DNA of 63,007 bases, counting the filler, from Hausera hauseri (Eukaryota): NCBI GenBank assembly GCA_046269625.1. It is 12 parts of 12 records of this genome, joined end to end, with 100 filler letters (N's around TTAATTAATTAA, not from the genome) between each part and the next. Parts side by side here need not be neighbours in the genome. Positions count along the whole stretch, not along the records: positions 1 to 4,007 come from JBJURY010824306.1; positions 4,108 to 10,283 come from JBJURY010129872.1; 10 more parts are not named here. One strand, 5' to 3'. This document shows, piece by piece, positions 1-10,383 of the stretch. Under the pieces are notes generated by a model. That model saw only the letters and a list, made by a program, of their open reading frames with translations. It made no database searches and was not told the DNA's origin. Numbering within the stretch: position 1 is the first letter of the stretch; each line of letters begins with the position of its first letter. Made by a program: the position numbers and the translations under genes.

Positions 1-830
1 CTCGGGGGGGGGGGCGTAATCGAGAAATCGATTTAACACATGTGTCGATCGATAGTGCACACTGTGCGCTATCGATCCAAAAGTGCCTAACAACGGTGCC
101 GCTAGGCATTGTTGCTATGCATATTTTTGCATTTTTCACAAATTTTTCGCTGCACAGTGTACTATTGATCGAATCGATCGGGACAAAGTGCTAATGGATA
201 GTGCACATCAGTGCACATCGATTGGTGCAAGTGCAAGTGTGCAGCACATGTAAAAGTGTGCAAAAATCAATAATATTGGATTTCCGATAAATCAAAAAGT
301 GCTGATTAGCACCAGGGACCGGGTAAAATCGGTAGCACACATGATGTTTTATGTGAAAGTGCAGTTAGAATTTAAATCGATTTATTAGTTTTCAAATAAA
401 TCAAGTTGGTGTAGAACCGCCACAGGCCATTCATCTATAAATTTTAAATCAACAAATGAATATGGCACATATACTGGCGTGTGCAGTACTTTATTTAGTA
501 TTGAATGGTGCACTAATCGAGTGTGGTGTGTTTATTAATCAGTGTGTGTGAGAGCACTTTTCACTTTTCACACTTTTGCAAATTGTGCAGCGTAGGATTG
601 ATAGAATTGATTGGGGTCAAGTGCAGTTAGATAGAGCACATCGAGATGCACCTTGATGGATGATGTGCAGAGCAAAAACATGTGTGCAAGTGTGCAAAAA
701 TCAATATTATCGAATTTTCCATATTTCCAATATGGATGATTAGCACTCGGCATCGGGTGCAATCGGAAGCAAACATGATGTAATATATGAATGTGCAGTT
801 AGAATTTAAATTTATTGATTATATATTGAT
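1..830 (+). repeat. Putative terminal (TIR) region of Polinton family A, with a 434-bp tandem subrepeat and a hairpin at 91-114
   Basis: Homologous to 13630-14390, and both copies lie upstream of pPolB. CAAAAATCAATA at 261 and 695 and GCAGTTAGAATTTAAAT at 361 and 795 give a 434-bp period. Hairpin CAACGGTGCC-GCTA-GGCATTGTTG. Confidence 0.55.
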
Positions 831-1668
831 TAGTATCGATCGAAAATGCAAAGTGGCTAAATATTCAACATGCTTTTAAGCCTAGGGAAGCAAAATTCGA
901 CCAAACCTTGAGCGGGAACAGATAGGAAATCGGGTATGCTGAACTAGAATATCGAGTCGAAAGTTCGAAATTTGAAGACTTTCGAACTCGAAAATCGAAG
1001 TTCGAACTATTCGAAAAATCTAACGACGGGAATCGATTCTTCGTATTCTAAAACATACACGTGCATAAAAATTCTGTCATGAAGATGTACTATATAGATA
1101 AAAAATCAATACTTCGAATTAAGCAAAATGTGCACTTAAAGTGCAGTGAAGCGGAAATCGATAAATCTAATAGCGGGGTTGGATAAGAAAGCATACATGG
1201 AGAATCTGAATATAAAGTTAGATGATCGAAAAGAATATTAGAACTTGAAGAAATATCGATTCAAACTCAAATATTCGATGAAGCGTGCATTATTCGAAGA
1301 ATGTGATGGGTCTAATTGATTTAGCATGTATGAACACCTATTCAAATCTGGCGCGCGCGATATTTTAAATCATTTGATGCATTAAAACAAACGCATGATG
1401 CTGACAATACAGAATATTAAAAACAATGTGCAGTGCCGAATTTATCCTGCCATTAAAATTAATTTCCTCACATGTGTTTTGTTTTACTGCATCAAAATTA
1501 CTTCCATACATGTGTTTTTGTTTTACTGCATCAATTTTCAAAATTAGACATTGCGTGCTGATATAGCTATATCTTTTATTATTTCCAAATTCACTTCCAA
1601 AAATCACTTCCGAAAATGGTAAGTCTTTTTCTTATTTTGTCTACATCAAATAAGTGCTTTTGTTTTAT

Positions 1669-4007
1669 ATGTGCAAACTGTACCAAAAATGTCTGGCTCC
1701 AATACATGAGCCAGAAACCTTCCATAGCACCATGATTAAATACTATGCAACATGTTCAATAGAATCTAATACTATATATGCCCTACATGTGAGATAGTGT
1801 GCAGGACAGTGTACGAGGAATTTTACAACGTACATAAACAACACTTGATATCCTTCGTCAAGTCGAAAAAAGAAATATTCTATAACAATATGCCAACAAC
1901 GTCTATCGTGTCAAAAGAAAACAAAAGGTGCAGTTCATATATGTATTGCACATGTACAATACATAACCCCGAGAATTGCCACAATACCATGAGGATCTAT
2001 TATGGCCACAAATTCAATCGAATCCTTTATTATATTTGTTCTGGATGTGAGACTGTATGTGATAGGGAATACATACAGTTCTATGAAGATCATAAGGATC
2101 ATCTGACTGACTTTGCATCAAAGTCTAAGAATATCATATTTAATGAGCACAGGCAAGTTGCACAGTCCGCAGTACAGCCTGCAAGAGTAAAACACCCATC
2201 AGGTCCATCAGATTCCTCAGGCTCAACAGTTGTAGTGGCTCCACCAAAAAGCCAAAGCGGCAAGTTAATGGCGCTGCATTAAATAATAAAGTCCGAAAAT
2301 ATGCCATCGATGCAGCTGGGCAATGAACCATCAAGGAGTTATTGGAATATGCAAAGGAAGAAACAGAGGGGATCCTCCAGGACAATATGATTGAGCTCAA
2401 GGGCCTTAAGGTTAATATAAAATTCGAGGCCACATACGTCATTGTCGATGCTGAAAAATCAAATAGAGCCTTCAAGACCAAAAATAGGCCAATATTGGAA
2501 AACACAGATATAGCTGAATGGTTGCATGACGAGCACATGAAGCTGATCCGTGAAGCCGATGAGAGCCAGAATAAGAAGAGTGGGTGGGCTATGTCAACCA
2601 ACAAGAGGCTGATTATATATGTGCACAGATACTCCCCCATGCGAGACAGTTCATATATACAGCTTTCTGACTGGACCGCTAATAAGAAAGCATGTGTCAA
2701 TGTCCTTAATAATAACAATATGTGTTTCATATATGTCATTCTATCAAAACTCGTAACGGACGTAAACCATTCTTACCGTTTTTCACTATATAAGGATCTG
2801 CAGCACAACTACAACTTTCAGTGTATCACATTCCCTCCATCCATAGATGAAATAAAGAAGTTCAGCCGCATCAACAACATGTCCATCAATATCTTTAGAT
2901 TGAATGAGGAGGACAAATTCTACCCATTGCAAATATGTAATGATGAATTGGAGGATCATAGGGATCTGCTCCTACTAGACGATGACGATAAGAAACATTA
3001 TGTTTAGATCAAGAAATTTAAGCGTCTAGTCAGATCCCAAATAGGAAAGAATGAACAGGAAATCGAAATATGCAAACGATGCTTGTCACATTTAAGTGGT
3101 AAAGAGGCCGTAAACAAGCTTAAAGAGCACAAGATGTACTGTAACAGCAATTATTGTGTAAGGCCAGAATTTCCCAAAGAGGACTATATCGAATTTAAAA
3201 AATTTGAAAAGAAGATCAAAGTCTCAATTGTTATTTATTGTGACTTTGAGGCCATTCTCAGGCCAATTCACACATGCAGTCACAGTCCTCAACATAGCAG
3301 CACAATGGCATACCAATATCATGCACTATCATCATATTGTATGTATGCCAAAGGATTGGACAGTGAATCATACATATTCAGGGATCCAGGTGCAGCAGCA
3401 CATTTCATGAAGAGACTTGAAGACATAGCTCAGGCTTCAAAAGATGCTACAACAATATAGGAACGACATGAGCATGTCTTGGATGCAAGAACAAGAATGG
3501 CGCAAGGCAGCATCACGCTACTTATGCGACAAGTCCTTCACCAAGGGAAATTAGAAAGTTAAAGATCACTGCCATTTTACAGGTGCATATCGGGATACAG
3601 CATGTAACAACTGCAGTCTACGATGCAAAACATGCACATATGTGCCTGTGGTATTCCACAATCTCAGAGGCTATAAGAGCCACTTCATGGTCCTAAAATT
3701 AGGCAGCATTGATGGCAATATAGATGTGATCCCCAGCAGTGAGGAGAAATATATCACTTTTACCAAGCATATTGGTAAAATTCGATTTCGCTTCATCGAT
3801 AGTTTTCGATTCATGTCGTCTTCACTGAACAGTTTAGCGAAGAACCTGCCTGCCGAGAAACTCAAGGAAACGAAGCAATTCTTTCCGGATACCTTTGACC
3901 TAGTTAAAAGGAAATGAGTGTTTCCCGATGATTATATAACATCATGGGAAACACTGCATGAGTCTTCATTACGCCCCAGATTTGTTTTTACAGCAAGTTG
4001 TCGGACA
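1669..4007 (+). mobile_element. Polinton/Maverick family A protein-primed DNA polymerase B, N-terminal part (Cys/His modules, terminal-protein region, vOTU-like region, exonuclease with endonuclease VII-like insert); frameshifted and cut off by the contig end
   Basis: ORFs 1797-2282, 2342-3007, 3083-3460 and 3642-3917: AFKTKN...SGW, NKKACVNV..NMCFIY...HY, ExoI YCDFEA, KVKDHCHFTG..CNNC, ExoII FHNLRGY.SHF, FIDSFRFM.SSL..L. Confidence 0.92.
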
Positions 4008-4107
4008 NNNNNNNNNNNNNNNNNNNNNNNNNNNNNNNNNNNNNNNNNNNNTTAATTAATTAANNNNNNNNNNNNNNNNNNNNNNNNNNNNNNNNNNNNN
4101 NNNNNNN
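4008..4107. other. Artificial contig spacer (44 N + TTAATTAATTAA + 44 N). The same spacer occurs at 10284-10383, 15959-16058, 21593-21692, 26581-26680, 31547-31646, 36850-36949, 43886-43985, 49771-49870, 54042-54141 and 58201-58300
   Basis: Eleven identical 100-nt blocks; TTAATTAATTAA places stop codons in all six frames, a standard concatenation linker. Confidence 0.99.
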
Positions 4108-4272
4108 GAATCCGACTGTGATGACAATGATTCGTCGTTCGATCGACCACCGAATAAAATTCTAAAAACCGACAATTTTTCAAGCAATTCTCATCATACT
4201 TACTCACCAGAATATATTTGTCGGAATATTGAAGAATCCAATGCATAAACTCGTCTGAAATCGGCATGTGAT

Positions 4273-4460
4273 TTGATTAAAACACTTTTTAAGCTCATCG
4301 AAGGAGGAATTATGGAATATTTTGCGGTCTATATCCAAAGTTCATTAGAACGTTATTCACAAAATCTCCATGTCAGGTGGAAAGAAAAGGACCTTGCACT
4401 GTTTTTAACTATGTCCATTGCATCACGTGTCAGTACCCAAATATACGCCGCTGTAATTGC
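4273..4460 (+). pseudogene. CSE1L: Exportin-2 (Cse1/CAS) internal fragment
   Basis: LFKLIEGGIMEYFAVYIQSSLERYSQNLHVRWKEKDLALFLTMSIASR matches the CSE1L segment F..YV.SML.EY..NP..NWK.KDAAIYLVTSLASK; isolated fragment only. Confidence 0.7.
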
Positions 4461-4797
4461 GAGTTTCATCGACATTGCTTCGTCCTATTGGAGACAAGTC
4501 GAAGAATTCTTGCGGAACGTATTTCTTCTTCTCGGTTACAATCCACCGACGTGTTGGTCACCAGAAGACTCACGTTGGGTCCCGCGTGGCAAAACTGACT
4601 TTGCCACAGAGGGGGGGGGGTAACGTGATGCCCATATTCATCCAATCGGTAATTTGCATGCGAAACACTTTTTTACGTAAAACCTTTTTGTTTAAATATA
4701 AAGACTTTTGGTGGAATTTTGAAAATTATAGACTTTCATTCTAGAACAGTATGATTATGCAGTTATTTTTGCTAATTGTTCATATTTCTTTGATTAA

Positions 4798-5215
4798 ATG
4801 GATTTACAAAAATCATTCGAAGAAATAGCTGTCGACATATTATTATCATTCGGTTCGATACATTTTGGTCGTATTCCAAAACTTCCCAGGCCAAAAATTC
4901 CTAGGTTCTTTATTGATAATTCGGAGATACTTAACACATCAACGGTTCTATTGTATTCCGATTCTTTGGACATAGAATCCGAGAATAATTTGCCAATATT
5001 CTTTGCCGATAATGATATAACCTTATCCAACTGTACAGCGTTTTCTAACAGTCATACAAAAAACAATTTACCCCATTTCAATTCGTGTCAAATCCAATCC
5101 CATCACGTCCGTAATTCGTCGGATAATGTTTCGTTGAATGAAAGTTTAAATGAGAATTTATCGGTCAAACATTACTTCCGGAATAGTTTAGAGAGTATGG
5201 CAACAGAAATCGCCA
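4798..5215 (+). CDS. Unidentified host-like ORF fragment, truncated by the Gypsy element
   Basis: About 140 codons open from an ATG before running into antisense Gypsy RNase H sequence; no recognisable motif. Confidence 0.25.
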
Positions 5216-5217
5216 AT

Positions 5218-8190
5218 TCAAATGGCATTCCATTGTTTCAAGAAGACAAAATGATAGATAATCATAGTGTCAAAGGCCACACCGTCTATGGTTTTGCACG
5301 ATTTGAAAGATTTAAGGATGTCAAGAGGTGGCCGGTTTTGTTGAAGTTTGGACTGAGGGAAAATTGGTGTAAAATCAGTCGAGCTGACCGATCGGGACAA
5401 AAAGTCAGCTACTAAATTGTCGACTCCGTTTAGGTACTTAATTTCAAAATTAAATGTGGACAAATGCGATATTTGCCTCTCCTGACGTGGAGAAGGCAAT
5501 TTCATGGTGAGAATTTGAAGAAAGAGCTTGTGGTCCGTTTGTATGGCAAAAGTTCGTGCAGTTAGGAGGTGTTTGAAGTATTTTACTTCAAAGACCATTG
5601 CAAGCAACTCTCTGTCAAAGGTGGAATATCTTTGTTCTTGTTCTGTGAATTTTCGAGAAAAGAATTCCAATGGCTCATGGGATCCATTGTTAACTTAATG
5701 GAGTACAGCACCTGCAGCTGTTGTGGTTGCGTCAATGGTTAAGAAAAGTTTCGCATGGAAGTCTGGATCGGCCGTGATTTCTACAGTTTTCAAATTGTCT
5801 TTGAGACGATCGAAAGCATTGACTAAATTGGCGGTCCATTGAATGGGCTGTTTCTTTCCAGAGCTTAGTGATGCAAATGGAGCGGTTAGAGTGGAGCAAT
5901 GTGGAGCGTACTTATGAATAAAGTGCAAGGTTACGAGGAAAGAACGCATCTCTGTTGATGTACGTGGAAGCTGTATGTTTTTGAGCTGTGTGATGCGGTC
6001 TGGCTGAGGTGATTGTCCGGAGGAGCTAATAACATGTTCTAAGAAGTTGACCTTATGTTGAAAAAAGAGCATTTAGAGAAATTAATTTGCAAGTTGTTTT
6101 GGTGCAAACACGGGAAGATTAAACGTAAATGCTCAGAGTGTTGTTTCGAGGAAGATGATGCAATTACGGTATCATCGATATAGGGATAAGCAAAGTATAA
6201 ACCTGAGAGAACTGTATCAATATGCCCTTGGAAGTTCTGGGAAGCGCTACGGAGTCCAAAAGGCATGAAAAGGTATTCGAAAATGCCGAAAGATGTAATG
6301 ACCACCGTTTTCGGAATGTCTGCTGGGCCACCGGAATTTGGTGGTATGCTTTATGCAAATCAGTGCAGGAAAAAGTGGTCAAACCATGGAGCCTGTGAAG
6401 GATATCGTTGATTAATGGTAGAGGGTAGGCATTTATTGTTGTTATGATGTTGAGTTGGCGGTAATCACCACATGGGCGAAAGATACCATCTTTTTGGAAC
6501 GACATGTAGTGATGAAGACCAAGGAGATTTGGATCTTCTGATTATTCCTGATTTTTCCAGTTCGAGAAACTCAGCTTCCACTGTCTGTCTGCGGCGAGAC
6601 GATAGCGGGCGGACCTTTTGACGTATTAGTCTTTAATGTGTTGTTACTATGTGATGGAAGGTGGACTTACGTGGTACAAATGATTTGTCCTTTTTAAACA
6701 GACGTGTCAGGACGAAGAAATATATTACTGTAAGTCAGAGGGCAGCGATAAAAAGTTTTCAGATGGTGTCGATGCCTCATGACTGGATGCAGTTGAGGTA
6801 TGAGTTGTATACAAGGTGTTGTGACAAGGTGGTATTAGGTGCAGGATATTCGTGTTGAAGATGGTGTTGGCAGCTGTACTATCAGTAAGAGGTGCCACGC
6901 AGTTGGCAATATCGTATTTGTTGCCGTAATAAAAATTTCTATATAATGAATGATTATCAAAATAATTTAAATCGGAAGTCGTTTTCTTTAGTATTGACTT
7001 GCTGGACGCGATCGCTCGGGTGATCACCGAAATGCTGCTAATTTGATTAAATTTTTTTCCGCTCTTTAACGAACATCTTTTGCAGTCTACAAGTAAATTG
7101 TAGTGGGACAGAAAGTCTGAACCCAATATGGGTGTGCGTACATTGGCTACTGTAAATTTCCAAGTGAATATGTTTGTGAAATTTAGAAGGGTAAAAGGTA
7201 ATTTAGTAACACCAAAAGTTTGTAAAGGTTCACCGGACGCAGTGAACATTTGTTTTTTTGAAGTGAAATTGTTTTGGATGTGCTGTGTTGGTGGTAGTAA
7301 AGCGATTGCTGCGCCGGTGTCTATGAAAAAATTAATGTTTTGCTTTGTTGGAGTGACGACTGCTGCTTCAAACGTGAATATAGCAAAAGAAATACGTCGG
7401 CTATCTTTTTGTAGGTTTTTGCCTTTGCTAGAACTGGCCGTGTGTCTTAGCGGCAAAATAAGTTTTCTGAAGCTGATAAGTTTGGCATACTATTTTGTGT
7501 GAGTTTAATAGTGTTGATTTTATTGTGCGTGTTATAGTTACAGCCAGGTAGGCATTTGTGTGCTTTTGTTCCAAATTTTGAGTGATAGATGCAAACGATG
7601 CTGCATGTATTAAAATCGAAGGAGTAAAATTTACAACCGATGCAGCATTTCTGCGCACTGTTACCAAATTTGTTGTGATAGTAGCAAATAGACGACAGTG
7701 CCGGCGAAGGCGACTGCCTTTGTCGTTGATGAAATACATAAGGGAAGCAGCCCTAGAAAAGCCTCGTCGAGGCATCGCTAACTCATTTAATTTCTCGTTT
7801 ATGTTATTAATTGCTTTTTGCAAAATTTCGTTGTCAGTGCGTAATTGCGCAATTTGTTGCCACAGCATTGCATTTTGTTGTTGGTTGTTTGTTGTTAATG
7901 CCGCAGAGGCAGTTGGTGCCTTGTGTGAGTTCCGCGGAGTCTTCGACCATAGTAACCAAAGCTCGTATTTGAAGGAGTAATGCGTTTGAAAAGAAACGAC
8001 AAAGAAGTTCTGGACTATGCTAAGATGTTAGACCAATGGTATTGAGGTGAGACAAAGATGTTCGCAAGAATTCAGAAGACTTCTGAAGGCCCATGGCGTT
8101 GTCATTGAAGAACCTTTGAATGATAGAGTCGGTTGACGGCTCAGTGAGCTTAAGAACGGCATTATAAAGTTAAGCATATTGTTGGTGGTA
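5218..8190 (-). mobile_element. Ty3/Gypsy retrotransposon (CsRn1-like), decayed: gag 3' part, protease, RT, RNase H; integrase absent
   Basis: Gag CYYHNKFG..A.KC and CIYHSKFG..A.KC; protease FFIDTGAAIALLP; RT RPCGDYRQLN, DLHKAYHQIP, MPFGLR, YPYIDD; RNase H TIDA, YSTFDRELLA, TDHK, NLVADFLSR. Confidence 0.95.
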
Positions 8191-9869
8191 CAGGGGTTAA
8201 TATACCTTAAACAGTACCTAACATATAAATCCACATCTTTACATTTGCTGTAACCTCGTTATCCTCATTTTATCCAAATTCTTTTACTCATAAATATTAT
8301 TCCTATAAATCCGGAGTAGATATGCATTGCTTCTCAAAATAAGTCGCTATTCAACCAGAACATTTCCATCAGTTTCAATAATCTGAAGGTTTGTGAGTTC
8401 ATTCTTCGCTTTATAACTCCGTTGGCATGTTCCCTTTTATACCTTTCGCCATGAAATCTCCTCAGGCTTTTATATTATACGATCTTTCTTCTCAGGTTTT
8501 CTATCTTATGCGATATTCAGTTTATCCATATCCTGCCAACCGTTTAATTAGAAGTTGTTCATTCCTTTCCTGGATATAAATCAGTTTGAATTTGGTAGAG
8601 GAGAGTCGTTATTAGACACAGTACTTGGTAATTAAATATTAATCATGTATGATTGTTGAGGACAGCGATCAAACAACTGTATTGTGACATCTTGCACAAT
8701 TAATGAACAACTAATGCCAGAAAATCGGCTCTGTCGCGACCACATTGCCACGTGGGAAATGCTGATTTTTGACTTCGAATTCAACAATACTATCCAATAC
8801 AACAATACGCATCCCAGACTAGTGTCAAGATCATATTGCACATTGCTTCAAGAAATATCTAAAATATGGATTACACAATATACCAAGGTAACTAAACACA
8901 CCGCAAAGTTATCAAAATAAAATCAATTATTGGAAATTAAATAACCAAATTCTATTTATATCTCAACCAAAGTTGTTATTCGTCGCAAACTGAATCAACT
9001 TTATTTATAGCATAGTTCGATGCAGACCAGACGTACATGAACATAATAATGTATCCGTTGTTTATTCACATAATTTGATTTCATATCTGACGACTGAATC
9101 GCATTTTTGTTCCATAGCGAAATTGCACAACATATCAACCGCGAAAGCACATCCTGCCATAATTCCGCTACTCCTCGATTCATTTACTGGTTTACCCTTG
9201 GTCTAGCTTCTTTAATGCAGATAATCTCCCAAAAATTTTCCTATGATAAAACGGCCTGAATCATATAACCTTCGCACTAAATTTCGCGGATGAATCCGAC
9301 GCTACACTGCTATTAATAGATTATAAACCACAGCGTCGTTCTAATTATACAACGGTTAATTCAATAATGCATACGCATAACTACAAATCATTTATTCATT
9401 ATACTTACAAGACAAAATCATCCATCATGTTGATAGATCACCAAATATATTTCAATATACGCTGTTCCATCAATCTATATCCTCCATATGACCTGATAGG
9501 TCCGAATGTCTTTCGGACGATCTGGTAAGTCCGATAGCCAACGTTTTCGACTTCAATTCTTCTTGACGTGGTTCCATTTTCATCCAAATTTCAATTTATT
9601 TAAATTTGTAAAGCATTTATTATAAAACAAATTCATACAAAAATGAAATTAAATATATAATTACAAGTAATCCGAAAGGATACGCACCTGTCATATCATC
9701 CGACGATCCGCCATAACTGTTATTGTTTCTTTCCGCCATGTTCTAATGGTAATATAATAATAATTTCTTTCATTATAGGGTCTAACCTAATTGGTAATCT
9801 AATAAGATTGAACCGGTTCAAGTTTCGAAAAATTTCAAAAGTTTTTTCAGTGTTTATTGTAAAGGTATA

Positions 9870-9985
9870 TATACTGGGTCGTTCGACACCATACCGTTTG
9901 TTTCCATTTTTAGAAATGGAATTTTTGAATTTTCAAAATTAGAATTTTCGACACCATGTCGTTTAGTTCCATTTTTAGAATGGTA
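9870..9985 (+). repeat. Possible DNA-transposon end with a subterminal direct repeat
   Basis: TATACTGGGTCG followed by two copies of TCGACACCATnnCGTTTnnTTCCATTTTTAGAA (about 9883 and 9948); no partner TIR in the contig. Confidence 0.3.
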
Positions 9986-10383
9986 CTATTAATTTTTTAT
10001 TTCATTTTTTGCATTTCTAATTTCAATTATTATAAATCCTCATTAATTTGTAATATTCATAATTATATTCTTCATACTCCAAGCTTTACAATTATCTAAT
10101 TTTTTGCAATTTTTTCAAAATTATTATTTTTTCAAAATTATTTAATTTCACTTTTCGTACATCTCTTTTAGTCTACTCAACAACGTATCCTTTCAGTTTA
10201 CTCATGCAGGGCTAGGGATACATTAATTGTACAAAATACAGGAAAAATAGGAATGTCCATCATGTGGGACTTAACATGTTACTNNNNNNNNNNNNNNNNN
10301 NNNNNNNNNNNNNNNNNNNNNNNNNNNTTAATTAATTAANNNNNNNNNNNNNNNNNNNNNNNNNNNNNNNNNNNNNNNNNNNN

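Noticed and set aside
9001-9720. Derlin-like (IMFMYVWS) or other host gene fragments
   Set aside because: The matches are too short to support a call
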